DNA from: a virus
Lineage: Duplodnaviria; Caudoviricetes
Direction: 5' to 3' (one strand)
IMG/VR virus record: IMGVR_UViG_3300025117_000072
Location: 1-61,194 of that record
DNA length: 61,194 bases
In this document: positions 34,286 through 46,294 of the stretch, piece by piece
How positions within the stretch are numbered: position 1 is the first letter of the stretch
How the letters are laid out: each line of letters opens with the position of its first letter
Program-made: the position numbers and the translations under genes
Notes under the pieces: generated by a model
Told to the model about the DNA's origin: nothing
What the model saw: the letters and a program-made list of their open reading frames with translations, nothing else
Database searches by the model: none

Positions 34286-37200
34286 ATGAAGCAGGAGATG
34301 ACACATCAGGACAAGATCAACTGGATGATTCAGTGGGCACATGACCACAAGGTCCGCCTTGAGCTGAAGGGCGAGTGTGGCTTTGGCCGTGAATGCGTTG
34401 GGATCGTGGCCGATATTGTTGGATACCCTGACTACGAGTGGGATGACAACAACTACAACCGTATAGACAAGAACGGCGATGTATGGACCCCGCCAGATGC
34501 CTATCACAAGCATCCGTGTGTTGCTGTCTTGGGAAGGGGAAAGAAGGCTGAAGAACAACTCTATGAATGGCTGAAGTGGTTCGATGCTAATGGGTTCTCT
34601 GTCGAATTCGGAGACAACCCGCCAGAGAAGTGGAAAGGGTCCGGGTTTATGGGTGTCCTCCTGGGTAAACACAGATTCGCCAGAATGGTAAAGGAGCCGC
34701 GCCCATGAAACTCGAATCCCTTCCTAAAGAAGCATTGGCATCCGGGCAGAGAGTGACGCTGCTTGTAAAGCGCAAATCCATGAGTCCGATCATTATCCAC
34801 GGCACGACATGTATCCAGCCTGTTGAACAATATGATTCGGGCGAATGGTATCTCCAGTTCAGATGGAAGAGAAGAAGGCATGTGACCATAACGCGAATAA
34901 GTAGGATTTCAGCTATCCGCCCCGGCTGGCTGACCCTGGAGGAGATGACGAGATGACCGACCCCAAGCTCCTAATAGTCGAAGATGACCCCGCCATCCGT
35001 CATCTCATGATGCGGGAACTGGCGGGTATGGCTGGCCTTGAGGTAGTACGTCACGACGACCCCTTTATGGAGATCATGTCAATGGCCCTTGGCCCACGCC
35101 GCGCCCCTAGAGAGCGGAGGATGTGGCCCACGTTCAAGGGTGAGCCTGAATGGAAGTCCAAGGGCAGACATCAAGGCGCGAAAGAGAAAGCGCGGAGACT
35201 GAGGCAGATGAAGAAGCAGACCGAAAAACTGACCGGCCCCGAACTCTTCCACTACCTGGAGACCGCCGTCCGCCGTGGGCAGGGTGAGCCGTCAGGGGAG
35301 GAAGTGAGAAGGATGATTGAGGAGGAAGAGCATGAGTAAGCATGCGCCAGAACCTTGGGTTTTAAGGGGTGACGGACTGACAATTCAGCGCAAGGAAACA
35401 GGGAAACTGATTGCCCGTTTCGCAGTCCCGCCTAAAAGGGTTGACGGTGACCGAATGATTACTTGTGTCAACGCTTTGTCCGGCCTTAACCACGAAGCGG
35501 TCAAGGACGTGCTGGAAGCCCTGCGCCTTTTCCTTGAGTGTGCATCTTACGCAGAACACAAGATGACCTGCTATGAGAAATGCGAGATTGCCCGTGCCGC
35601 ACTCGCCCGACTGGAGGCAAGCCATGAGTGAGCTGACCCCCACCCTTGACGACACCCCTTTGACCAAAAGGCCAGGGGAGCGCGTGACATGGGTGGAATC
35701 AGATAGCCCGACATCTCCTTACGAGGAAGATGAGTAGCGAGGGCAGGTAACAACCGGGAAAGCATGGCCCCGAGGGAGGCTCCCGAAATCCCGATTGGCA
35801 AGCATGAAAGGAGACCACAGTGAAGAAGCGAACTTTGTATGCAGTAGGCGCACTCAAAACGGAAATCGAAATTGAATCGTCGTGGGGTCTGAAGGCCCAG
35901 ACGCTGCCCCTGGATTGGGCGGACGGTATGGTTGGAGTCATACCGCTTTTCTCTAACAGGAAAAAGGCCGAGAGATACGCCGACAAAAGGTTCCCCATCA
36001 TTGTGGTGGAGAGCGAGAGACCGTGAAGAATGAAATCACCCCGTAACGCATTCCTGAAACTTCTCATCCTCACCCCAAGCCTTTTGTGCATCGGAGTGGC
36101 GTTGTTCATGTGGAGTCAAACTTAAAGGAGGTCGCATGTTAGTAGGAACAGCTACAAGACCAAGACGAGAAGCGGAAGAAGAGGGAAACGCCAAGCGCGA
36201 ATCCCAAGTCACGTCAGCATTCAACGAAATGGAGGATGTCATTGGGCACCTGCCTGATTTTATCGAACGGCTGGAAGGTCGGCTTGGTGCCGTACTGAGG
36301 CAACCGACCCCACCGGACGAATCAGCCAAGACCGCAGGCCGTCCAATGTGCGTCCCCCTGGTCGAATCGCTGGACCGGTACATCAGCATCGTCCGAATGG
36401 CGAACAATCGCCTGGAGGACATCCTGGAAAGGCTGGAACTGTGATGAACTACCGAGCCCTTATCTCCAAGCCCCGTCCCGACCAGCCGCCCCTGTGCATC
36501 ATGCTCCCGTTCGGGATTGCCTACCTGTCGGCCATCTACTTGGGCATGAGGCTGGCTGTGTGGCTGATGAACCTTTAAGGAGGTCTTCTGTGAACGAGCG
36601 CGTCCCTGGTCAACCACTTTCTAAACCGCCACTTGGCACTTTAAACATTGCGCCGGGGTCGGGGAGGCCCCGGCGAGGGGGGATGTCAAATGCTGTGCGA
36701 AGCATGTAAGCAAGACAAGCATTTCCTGTGTGGAATGCAGACCTGGTGAGAATGCGACTGTGATGGCCAGTATGGCCTCTACGATGCCGAGCCAAGGGAA
36801 GATTCAAGCTGGATTGATATTGACGATCCAGATGAATGCGCTGAGGTCTGAAGCTATCCCCCCCTGCCACCCTTAACCGGAGACCAACATGCAAATCTAC
36901 ACCATAGACCGAGGCGTCATGAAGCAGCTCCCCGATAATATCACCTTCGCATGGGAGTTACGGTATTGGCTCAGACGTGCGCTTCTGGTTGCCTGTGGGA
37001 TGATAGGCGTGCATGTGATTCGTTTGATTGCGGGGGTTTGGATATGAGGGGCGGAGATAACGGGCACTAAGGACTAAGGAGGAAGTATGGACGGCGGAAC
37101 AGAAGGACCAATGGAAAAGGTTGACGATGAACGTGAACGCTTGACCCATGCCGTCGATGAATTTGCGGCAGAAATGAAGGCGCGGCTATTGGAAAAGCAT

Positions 37201-39148
37201 GAAGAGGGTTATAGGGGTTGGAACGAAGCATATCCATCAGACGCGATTGCTGTCGAAATCAACAGGGACTCCGTTGCTCTTATCAAGAATCACAAGAACA
37301 GGAAGGCGGCTGTTGATATCGCAAACAGGGCCATGATGCTTTGGATTAGGTAGGTCCGTAATTATCCCCCCCAAAGGAGGCCCCATGCAAGCAGTCAAAA
37401 CCATCCTAGGCGCAACCGTCCTGTTCGGCCTGATGTACTTCCTGGTCGCGGGAGGGATGTGCTTATGAAAAAATACCGTGTCTGGATTGAACAGGTAAAT
37501 CAAACCTATGTCGATGTAGAAGCCGAATCAATAGAGGAAGCAAAAGAGAAGGCATATCGGAAATGGCGCAGGGAAGATGGGCATTCGCGCGTTAGTTGGG
37601 CTGAGGAGGTCAAAGAGAATTGACCACCCGTTACGCATTCGAAAACATGGTCCGCGCCCGTGATTGGCGCGAGCCGGGGGAGTATTGGGAGGAGGAGATG
37701 CCTGAAGAGATGAACACCTGTAAGACCTGCAAACACTGGCAAGGAAACCGCGACAAGGCCGAATGGAATACGTTCGGCAAATGTCCGGTCCTCATGGACC
37801 CCACGGATAGCCAGTCAACCTATCTATTTGAACCGCAAATTATCTGCAATGATGATGCTGATGCGGATAGCGTTTCGATGCTGATAGAGACCCACGCCAA
37901 TTTCGGGTGCGTGCTGTGGGTTGACAGAATGGCAATGGAGACAAGGTAATGAGCGAGCGCCAATCCCCCTACGGCCCGCCCCTAAACCACCGTTTCACCC
38001 TAGTCCGTGACGCGGTTCAGCCCTCATGGTTCACAGCCGAAACCCTGTCAGGCGAGACGTTCCGGTTTTACTCGCCCGAACTGGGCAGGATTCTGGATGA
38101 CCGGGAAGAGCGGAGGATGGGGATACCGGAGTATGAGGGGGATGGGGATTTCCCGGACCTGGAGGAAATTCTTACTGAGAGACGACTAAACCGACCGCGA
38201 GTGATGGAGGAGGGAAATGGAACTGAAAGAGATCGTTTTGAAACTGACAGGCCCGATTGACCCGATTGGGGAAACGAGAGCCGATGATGAACGCTTCGAA
38301 AGTCTCAAGGTGCTGTGTGGGCTGGTGGATGCTCTTGTAGTGGAAATTGATTCCGTATCGAACAACAATAAAAATAGGCATGAGTATTCACGGAAACGGG
38401 CCGGTGAGTATGCAGATAAGTTTCTTGGCGAAACATTAGGCATTACCGAATAGGAGGAAACCGACCGAGTGAAGGAGGAGGGAAATGCCCACCTGTGAAG
38501 GCACATGCTCCTTGAGAGGAGAATGCAAAGGTGAAGTGAAACGGTATAACGTCGGAAACTGGGGATTGTTCTGGTATTGCGAAACAGCAGTTGAAACCGA
38601 CCGCAGTAATGGGCTTGCGGTCTTGGAGGAGGAGGACACCCAATGACCCACCTAAAGAACTGGCTCCTACGCCGCCTATGCCCGGACGAGGCGGCCATCA
38701 GGGAGTTGATCGCACAGTTTTTGCCGGGGCACGAACTCTGCAATGGCAGACAACAACAAATCGTGTTGCGCCCGTTTAACCCGGCTGAACTGAAGCAAAA
38801 GTTCAAGGAACAGTCGGTTGCCGATTTCCATATATCGAACAACCCGCCAAGGGGCAGGAAAAGAAAGAAGGAGGGGGAAGAGAAAGAGTGAGAAATTTCC
38901 GAATCATCCACTCTCAGATTACGCCCCTAATCAGGGTATCGACTGCGGCCATTCTTTATTCTGGGTTCGCAGAAAGCCCGGTTCCTTACTATTTATACGA
39001 AACGTGGTGCTTTTCGAAAGACCCAAGACGGAAATCGTTTCAGGTAGTTCATGGCACAAGCCACGACGTAGATTTCTGGATGCTGACACGGGCTATTAAG
39101 ACGCATCGGCATATTGCAAATAATCTCAAGGAAATATTCGCAGCATGA
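34286..39148 (+). other. Run of small, tightly coupled early hypothetical genes (e.g. 34286-34708, 34705-34956, 34953-35339, 35332-35631, 35820-36026, 36136-36444, 37087-37353, 37949-38260, 38217-38453, 38643-38891, 38888-39148)
   Basis: Successive ORFs with GGAG RBSs and ATGA overlaps. Confidence 0.65.
36690..36851 (+). CDS. Small Cys-rich ORF interrupted by in-frame TGA (selenoprotein candidate or pseudogene)
   Basis: MLCEACKQDKHFLCGMQTW*ECDCDGQYG...; GAGGGGGG RBS. Confidence 0.45.
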
Positions 39149-39298
39149 AAACCAAACCCCTAACCCAACTCCTTACCGAGCAGACGCAGCGCCCGTGCCT
39201 GTGGTGCCCACGAAGGAAAAAGCGGATTTATGTGGACGTCTGTGTGAGGAAGCGGAGTTGTCCGAACGATTGTATGGAGAAGAAGGAGGAAAGGTAAG

Positions 39299-40051
39299 AT
39301 GCCCAACGAATGTCAGGTTATCGAGAAGCCCGAAACGGCTCTGCAGGTCCAGGGGGATTCTTTCATGTCCGTGATTGAACGGCTTGCTTCACGGCCCGAT
39401 ATCGACCCTACCAAAATCAAACAGTTCATGGATATGCAGGAGCGCATCCTTGACCGGAATGCAAAACAGGCATTCAACGCGGCCATGATGAGGGCACAAG
39501 CCAAAATCCCCACCATATTAAAGGACAAACCGAATCAGCAGACCAACAGCAAGTATGCTGCACTTGAAAGTATTCTCAAGATCATTAAGCCGCTTTACAC
39601 GGCGGAAGGCTTTTCTCTTATGTTTTACGAAGGCGATACACCAAAGGAAAAGCACATCCGCGTTTGTGTCGATATCATGCACGAACAGGGGCACACAGAA
39701 AAGCGGTTCGTGGATATGGCTATTGATGACGTAGGCATAAAGGGCAGTCCCAACAAAACGATTCCCCATGCCGAGGGGTCATCCTTTCTGTACGGTCGCA
39801 GGTATCTGACTTGCCTGATTTTCAACGTCCCAACCGGAGATGATGACGATGGAAACGGAGCCGGGGGAGTGGAGTACATCACCGAAAAGCAACTGTCTCA
39901 ACTTACCGACATGATAAACGACACTGAGACAAAGGAGGACAAGTTTATGTCCTTCATGAAGGTGGAGTCCCTTGACAAAATCCCCGCAAAACAGTTCGGC
40001 AAAGCTTTTGCGGCACTTCAGGCCAAGATGAAGAAGGGGAGCGCAAAATGA
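39299..40051 (+). CDS. erf: ERF-family single-strand annealing protein
   Basis: SKYAALESI, MHEQGH, GSSFLYGRRY, DDDDGN motifs. Confidence 0.9.
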   Translation: MPNECQVIEKPETALQVQGDSFMSVIERLASRPDIDPTKIKQFMDMQERILDRNAKQAFNAAMMRAQAKIPTILKDKPNQQTNSKYAALESILKIIKPLYTAEGFSLMFYEGDTPKEKHIRVCVDIMHEQGHTEKRFVDMAIDDVGIKGSPNKTIPHAEGSSFLYGRRYLTCLIFNVPTGDDDDGNGAGGVEYITEKQLSQLTDMINDTETKEDKFMSFMKVESLDKIPAKQFGKAFAALQAKMKKGSAK

Positions 40052-40656
40052 TAATTCTAGATTGCGATCAGCAAAGCCCTGAATGGTTCGCGGCCCGTGC
40101 CGGTAGGCCAACCGCTTCGTGCTTCGATCAGATCATCACCCCGAAGAACATGAAGCCCTCCGCAAGCGCCCAGAGATACCTTTACACCTTGGCAGGGGAG
40201 CGAATCACCGGAGTCAAGGCGGAATCTTTTCAAAGCGCATGGATGGAAAGGGGAACGCAGATCGAGGATGAGGCGAGAACCCTTTTTGAGATAGTACAAG
40301 GCAGAGAAGTAAAGAAGGTCGGCCTTGTCTATCCCGATGAGAAAAAGCTCTATTCATGCTCGCCTGACGGTCTCATGGAGATCGAAGGGTTGGAGGTGAA
40401 ATGCCCCGCCATGTACACCCACGTAGGCTATCTTCTAGGGGGATGCCTGCCGACTGATTACATTGCCCAGGTGCAAGGGTCAATGTTGGTCACAGGATAC
40501 CCGGCATGGTGGTTTCTGTCATACTATCCGGGGCTCCCGCCTTTCATGGTCAAGGTCTATCGGGATGACGCCTTTTGCGCCCGACTTCGCATCGAATTGG
40601 AATCCTTCTGTGAGCGGTTGGATGAGGTCGAGGCAAAACTGAGGAGACTTGCGTGA
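40048..40656 (+). CDS. YqaJ/lambda-exonuclease family
   Basis: QQSPEWFAARAGRPTAS, MERG, CSPDG, LEVKCP, QVQ. Confidence 0.92.
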   Translation: MIILDCDQQSPEWFAARAGRPTASCFDQIITPKNMKPSASAQRYLYTLAGERITGVKAESFQSAWMERGTQIEDEARTLFEIVQGREVKKVGLVYPDEKKLYSCSPDGLMEIEGLEVKCPAMYTHVGYLLGGCLPTDYIAQVQGSMLVTGYPAWWFLSYYPGLPPFMVKVYRDDAFCARLRIELESFCERLDEVEAKLRRLA

Positions 40657-41096
40657 AACAACCCATCCCCATCTTTGAAGGCGACATAGTTGACGGAAGG
40701 CTTGTCCTGCAAGTCCTTGTCAGACAATCCATTGCCCGATGGTGCCGAACCTTCAAGACGGGAACGCATGTTGACCTTGTTATCCGAAAGCACAAGTCAC
40801 AGCGAAGCACGGAGCAGAACGCATATTACTGGGGTGTTGTTGTGCCTATCCTTGCAGACCATTTCGGGTATGACGCAGAAGAGATGCACGAAGAATTAAA
40901 GCTCATGTTCAACCCGATAGATAGCAAAGTAGTCCCTGGAAGGAAGATAGGCGGAAGCACAACCAAACTCTCAACGGTCGAATTCTATTCCGATGAATCC
41001 AGTTACGTGGAGCGGATTTGCAGATGGGCAGCGAGTGAGCACGGCCTTTACATCCCTCCGCCTACGAAGGCTTGCAATGATTCTGCCCAAGCATAA
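40653..41096 (+). CDS. NinB/DUF1367-like protein
   Basis: RSTEQNAYYWG, EEMHEELK, STTKLST. Confidence 0.75.
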   Translation: MKQPIPIFEGDIVDGRLVLQVLVRQSIARWCRTFKTGTHVDLVIRKHKSQRSTEQNAYYWGVVVPILADHFGYDAEEMHEELKLMFNPIDSKVVPGRKIGGSTTKLSTVEFYSDESSYVERICRWAASEHGLYIPPPTKACNDSAQA

Positions 41097-41298
41097 ACCG
41101 ACCCGCTTAAAGGGCAAAAAGCTCCATGCCCTGTACGATCAGGTCTACATGGATTGCGACGGTTTTTGTAAATGCGGCCAGTGGATTGAACCCGGAACCC
41201 CACCGCACCATAAGCGGCACAAGAGCCTTGGAGGTGGGGATACATACGATAACCTGGAAATGCTTTGCGGAAAATGCCATGCAAATAAGCACTTTTGA
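41077..41298 (+). CDS. HNH endonuclease
   Basis: HHKRHKSLGGGDTYDNLEMLCGKCH. Confidence 0.8.
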   Translation: MILPKHKPTRLKGKKLHALYDQVYMDCDGFCKCGQWIEPGTPPHHKRHKSLGGGDTYDNLEMLCGKCHANKHF

Positions 41299-42684
41299 TA
41301 CCTGCCCCGTGTGGCAGTAGGAGGGAGAGGATGACCGAGCGCAAATACAAGAGCTACACCCTATGGCTCAAGTGGGCGAATCTGGGATGGATGCCCCGTG
41401 TAACCTGCCTCAATCTCCCGTGGCCTGCCGCAAACCCGAGGGATGTTCTGGAACATCACATGACCATGACGAAATACCAATATTCACACTGGAAGCGCGG
41501 CAAGGACTGGATGATTTTGCCGGAAGACCGGAAGCCCAAATGACGCCCCTCTGTGCGGGGGTGGAGCAGGTTTTGAAGGAGGAGAGATGCAAACCGTAAG
41601 TCAGCCAATGGGGAAGAGGCTCCAGGAAGCGGGGTGGAGGAAGGAGACGTATTGGGTCCGCATTGGTGGTTGCTTATATGAACGTAGTCGCCTCTGCTCC
41701 TGTAAGAGTTGTTCGGGGGCTAGGGAAAAATGGTCTGACATGGTTCTTCCCGCGCCCACCCTGGACGAAGTTCTGGAGGAGTTGAGCCTGGAAGATTTCA
41801 TGCTTTATTTTAATATAGACAATCCGAAGTTCTTTGCCTGTGACGCACAATGGCAACAAGAAAGGTTCAAATGGCTCTACACCACCATGCGCTCAGTCGA
41901 TGCAGCCGCAGAGGTGTGGATTAAGGTGAAAGGATCGAACCCATGTGCCAGCAATGCCTGAACCATGCACGAAGGATATTCCCAAACCTGCCCGACTCCG
42001 ATATAGGCGAACTCCTGTTCGGGGCCACGGCGTTCCCTTTCGCGCAACCGGAGACCATCGAAAAACAGCTCCTTGAACTGAAGGAGCAGACGGACGGGAC
42101 GCTCAACGGGATGCTGGCTTTTGCGGATCGCGCACTTTGGGAAACAATGCAGGAGGTGGAACCGTGAACCAAATCCCGCAGGAGAAAAAGTGCCACGGTT
42201 GCCCGCTCTGGAGGGTTTACGATGGTGACTCGTATTGGTGTAACCTCTATGACCAACTGATTGGATACAGCCTCATGGACAGGCTGGAAATCTGCCTCAA
42301 GAACCGCCCGCGCATCGTGGAGAAAGAAAAATGAAATACCTTATCGTCGTAACCATTGTAGTGATTTTCGCTTGGGGGTGGTTCCTGTGGCCGCGTGACC
42401 ATCAGGAAACTCTTGCCGAAACACCTATCGACATGCCCCTTGGAAACACCGCTGATAGCTCGCACCTATTTGTAAGCTCAGACGAAGCCATGAATTTGCA
42501 TATGGGACGCCCTGACTCCCTGTACTTCCAAGTAGGTGGAGAACCCGTTGTCATATTCTCAGTCAAGGACGGGGCACTTGATATTCGCGTGCAGGGCGAT
42601 ATGACCGAGGCAGCACAGACGTTCATCGACTTTCTGGTGAAGGAATTTCTGCCGGGGTATGAGGTTGTGAGGAAGGGGAAATGA
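41295..42684 (+). other. Small hypothetical early genes (41295-41543, 41587-41961, 41943-42167, 42331-42684 membrane-anchored)
   Basis: Coupled ORFs with RBSs. Confidence 0.55.
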
Positions 42685-42926
42685 TTGAATCAATAATTGC
42701 GGTCTTCTGGATGTGGGTAAGCCTCATCGGGGTTGTGATAGTCTGTTTGGGGTGGCTGATAAAGTGGATTGGAATAGGCGTATCTATCTTTGGAGGATGG
42801 GTCTATAACGCAGGAGAAAATCTTGCGGGACTTGCCATAGATCAACAAGATAGGTGATAAGCCACACCTTTCGGCAGGGCCACTTCGAGGGTGTTTTCAA
42901 ATCGTGGAGTTACGGAGGTTACGAAC

Positions 42927-43298
42927 GTGAGTGAATGTCGGCATTTCTGGTCTGTTCCAATCAAAGACGGCGAGCAGGAGTGTCTTTTCTGTGGGGCCAA
43001 AAAACCATCTGGCGAATGGGGTGGCTTAGAACCCCTGAAGACGTTACCCGAAGAGGACTTTGTGATTTCCGAAGACGACATGGCAATTTGCCTTGGAAGT
43101 GGAGAGCTTAAGCCATGCCCTTTTTGTGGAGGACATGCCATTTGCTGCGGGACTCGCAACCAGAACACCGAGATCATCGGTTATAGCGTCATGTGTACCA
43201 ACCAAACCAAGTGCATGGCAATGGTCCACGCCAATGATTACGTGGCTGAAAAGGCGCGTGCAAGAGCCGTCGAGCGGTGGAACAGGCGGGTGTCTTAG
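42927..43298 (+). CDS. Lar-like restriction alleviation zinc-finger protein
   Basis: ELKPCPFCGG...C....C...AVERWNRR. Confidence 0.72.
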   Translation: MSECRHFWSVPIKDGEQECLFCGAKKPSGEWGGLEPLKTLPEEDFVISEDDMAICLGSGELKPCPFCGGHAICCGTRNQNTEIIGYSVMCTNQTKCMAMVHANDYVAEKARARAVERWNRRVS

Positions 43299-43316
43299 TT
43301 ATCCCCACTAAAGCCT

Positions 43317-43347
43317 AAAAGGGCGGGCACTCCTGTACTCCCGCCCC
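43317..43347 (-). terminator. Terminator at convergence of early and late operons
   Basis: GGGCGGG...CCCGCCC hairpin with TTTT on minus strand. Confidence 0.5.
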
Positions 43348-43522
43348 GTGGTCTACGTCCTAATCATCCCCCCTTCCCACCCGCATTCCTCATTGGCGCA
43401 CCTGATTTTATCGAGGTGCGCTTCTGCGTCCAGAATCAGGTTGAACTCCGTCCCCTCGCATTCAGGGCAGGCTGCCCACGTTTCAGTTTCATCTTGCGGG
43501 AAATCGTAGATTTTGGCGGGGG

Positions 43523-43840
43523 TCATAAAAAGTCCCTCTCGTAAACCGACCGCCCACAATACCGACATCGAAACCTTGCACACCCAGACTTGAGCATCCC
43601 GTGTTTTCCGCACTCAGGACAGGGAGGACGATTAAGGGCAGGGTCTTTCGCCGCTCTGCGATGTTTCAAGATCCGCCGCCCACATGAACTACACGCCCAT
43701 GAATCTCCCCGTGAGTGCATAGTTGTTCCGCATTCGGGGCAGGGTGGACGAATGACCGTCTTCAGGAGGGGAGGTGTTACAATTTCAATGAGGTCGCCGC
43801 CTGCTCTTTGATATTGTGCGATTCCCAATGTATGCTCCAT
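43523..43840 (-). CDS. Tandem zinc-ribbon protein
   Basis: Two RPPCPECG...CxxCGR repeats. Confidence 0.6.
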   Translation of the reverse strand: MEHTLGIAQYQRAGGDLIEIVTPPLLKTVIRPPCPECGTTMHSRGDSWACSSCGRRILKHRRAAKDPALNRPPCPECGKHGMLKSGCARFRCRYCGRSVYERDFL

Positions 43841-44565
43841 TCACCGTTGTCGTAAACGTCACAGTAAGCCAATCCCCACTTCACAATTCCGCTGCATTGT
43901 CTCGCCCCAAACTTGGTTCCCAAACCCTGAAGGGCGGGGAGAGTGCAGGCGTACCATTCCCCAGGCTCACCAATAAAAAAGGGGGTGTGCGTATGCCCCC
44001 TTACGATGATATCGGCTTTGGGCTGCATCTCCCTTTCGGCCCATAAAGCGTTCCAGAGCCAGTCACGGGCAATCGGGGTGCCTCTTCCGTAGGGCACAAC
44101 GGATGATGACACCTTATGCTTACAGTCAAAGGTAACGCCGTTGATCTCCACCCATTCATGACTGCCGATCTTATCAAGGTGCTTCACGCGGTCGGCAACG
44201 TCCCGGTCGAAATCCTCTAAAACGCCAGTGTGGTAAGGAGTCCCATGAACCATTACAACATGCTCGGCATCGCAATAGTTTATCGACCACGCGGCCATGT
44301 CAGCCTGTTCGTGCCGGTCGGCAACTATTTGTTCCGTACCCCCAGAGCGTTCCCCCTTGCCGTCAACGGCATCTCCCATGTCGATCAAACAGTAGATAGG
44401 TTTCAGGCTGTCCACGATAGAGGCGTATTTGTTCCAGAGTAACGCCCTGATCTCTTGCCAGCGCGGGTCAGGGTCATTGTTGAGGGAGTTCCAGGGAGGT
44501 GGGGTAAGTCCTGCTTTGTGGCCTGAATGCCCATCACCTCTGAGCAAGACCCGCTTGAAGTTCAT
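43777..44565 (-). CDS. Calcineurin-like metallophosphoesterase
   Basis: GDGHSG, GDAVDG, HGTPYH, KH, GHTH motifs. Confidence 0.8.
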   Translation of the reverse strand: MNFKRVLLRGDGHSGHKAGLTPPPWNSLNNDPDPRWQEIRALLWNKYASIVDSLKPIYCLIDMGDAVDGKGERSGGTEQIVADRHEQADMAAWSINYCDAEHVVMVHGTPYHTGVLEDFDRDVADRVKHLDKIGSHEWVEINGVTFDCKHKVSSSVVPYGRGTPIARDWLWNALWAEREMQPKADIIVRGHTHTPFFIGEPGEWYACTLPALQGLGTKFGARQCSGIVKWGLAYCDVYDNGEWSIHWESHNIKEQAATSLKL

Positions 44566-44621
44566 TCCTTATCCTTTCAACAGGTTTACCGCGCATCAGC
44601 GGGGCCTATCCGCTTACGGGT

Positions 44622-44825
44622 CTATTTGCTAGTCCTTCCCCCGATGTACCCCACAAGCCCCCCTATCGCAACCATGGCAATCTGGATGCTCTCGGGAGTG
44701 CCCAACTGTAGCGCCCACGCCCCGAGGCCGATAACCCCCGCAATGGCTATGTTACGGTCCAGCTTGTAGGGCAGGTATTCAGTGGTGGAAAAGCATTTGC
44801 CGTCCTCTATGATTTCATCTGGCAT
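44622..44825 (-). CDS. Small two-TM membrane protein (holin-like)
   Basis: Two hydrophobic segments; in lysis cluster. Confidence 0.5.
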   Translation of the reverse strand: MPDEIIEDGKCFSTTEYLPYKLDRNIAIAGVIGLGAWALQLGTPESIQIAMVAIGGLVGYIGGRTSK

Positions 44826-45002
44826 GGCTACCCCCCCTCATACGTGTCAGGATGAGGCACCCGCAAAGCAAGCGCCCTGATATCATCCACCGTAGGGTTG
44901 TCGGTCTGAAGGGCTTTCAGCATCTCCATGGCCATAGAAAGACCGTATTTGAGAATCAGTTCACCGATTGCCAGAAACACCGCAAGTTCCGTACCGGTCA
45001 TA

Positions 45003-45374
45003 TCACTTCACCTCCTTTGAGAGAAACGGCTGGATGTAAGACGAGAGGTTTGCTAGGCCCTTCTGTGCTTCAGCAATGGCAACGGCAACCCTTTCCTTAT
45101 TCTCTGTGTTCGCCACTGCGTCATAGGCGATAAGGGCGTCTGCGGCCGCGTGGTAAGCCGCCCAGTACTTTGTTGCCAACTCCTTGCCCTTTGCCTTCTG
45201 GTCTGCGGTTATGATGCCCTTCTGATACAGTTCCAGGAATGCAGGGTAGCCGTTTTCATAGACGGCCGCAGAAGCCGCAAGGGTCTTGTAGGCGTTCGTC
45301 TTGAATGTGCCGGCGCACCCGGCCAAGCCGAGCACCAGCATGAGACACAAAAGCAGAACCGATTTCCTTTTCAT
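45003..45374 (-). CDS. Lipoprotein (spanin-like)
   Basis: LAGC lipobox; follows endolysin. Confidence 0.7.
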   Translation of the reverse strand: MKRKSVLLLCLMLVLGLAGCAGTFKTNAYKTLAASAAVYENGYPAFLELYQKGIITADQKAKGKELATKYWAAYHAAADALIAYDAVANTENKERVAVAIAEAQKGLANLSSYIQPFLSKEVK

Positions 45375-45473
45375 AGATGACTCCTTTCAGTTTGAAATGC
45401 CATAATCAACACCCTCCCAATTTCATGATTCCGATAAATAGAAGCCAGCCGAACAGCACGGCCATAAGGAATA

Positions 45474-45893
45474 TCACGTCATCTCGCCACATCGCATGAT
45501 CTCCGCAAGCTCCACCGCCCGCCCCTTGACTTGCCTTGCCCATTTGGAATCGGTCATTTCCCTTGCCGCAGCTTCCCAGTCCTCCCGCTCGATTGCTTCC
45601 CACATCTTCACGAACCGGAGAACCTTGGGAAGACCCATATTGAAGATCATGTTGCAAATGAGCCGTTTACGAGCCGTATTGAGCCGTTTGGTCTTATCAG
45701 GGTGAATCTTCAAAAATTCCGCCGCAGTATCCGCCAAGTCGATGTCAAGGAGGAGTTCGGCAATCTCCCGGCTGATCCGTGAGCCGATATAGAGATGGTG
45801 CCCGTAACCGACCGTAAGGTTGCCTTCAGAGTCCAGGTACACCTTGTCCCGGTATCCCTCCTGCTTTCGGAGCTGTTCGCGGAGAAGGTCCAT
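45474..45893 (-). CDS. Endolysin, T4-lysozyme/GH24-like
   Basis: EGYRDKVYLDSEGNLTVGYGH (E/D/T triad), NMIFNMG, SKWARQVKGRA. Confidence 0.92.
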   Translation of the reverse strand: MDLLREQLRKQEGYRDKVYLDSEGNLTVGYGHHLYIGSRISREIAELLLDIDLADTAAEFLKIHPDKTKRLNTARKRLICNMIFNMGLPKVLRFVKMWEAIEREDWEAAAREMTDSKWARQVKGRAVELAEIMRCGEMT

Positions 45894-45894
45894 G

Positions 45895-46149
45895 TCACCC
45901 TCCAAACAACCATTTGCAAAATACGGCAAGCGCCCCGCCCCCGAGTCCGAAGCCTGCCGATACGCCCGTGTCTAATTTCTTGCGGTCCTCGATCTTTTTG
46001 AACCGCGCATTGCAAACGCTCAATCGTTCCGGGCAGGCAGCCATTTTCTGGTTCATACTCTCAAGGATTTTATAGAGGGAGTAAGATCGTTGTTCTTCGG
46101 TCAGTTGTTCATTCCACTCTTCCCAGCTAGGCATTGATCCGTTCGCCAT
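45895..46149 (-). CDS. Holin/antiholin-like protein
   Basis: Coiled coil plus C-terminal TM; directly upstream of endolysin. Confidence 0.5.
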   Translation of the reverse strand: MANGSMPSWEEWNEQLTEEQRSYSLYKILESMNQKMAACPERLSVCNARFKKIEDRKKLDTGVSAGFGLGGGALAVFCKWLFGG

Positions 46150-46294
46150 GCTCCGCCCCCTTGACACGAATGGCCCGTTCATTGCATTATCTCTGGTGGG
46201 GCAGGGAGAGCTTTCGCTCGTCCAGATGGGGGGCCTATCCCTGTCTGGCCCTGCTCCCCTCGTGTTACGCTTCCCTTATAAAACTACAGACCTA

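Noticed and set aside
35624-35810. Possible structured ncRNA
   Set aside because: Several hairpins are present, but a 37-codon ORF with a GGAGG RBS covers much of it and no known motif was recognised.
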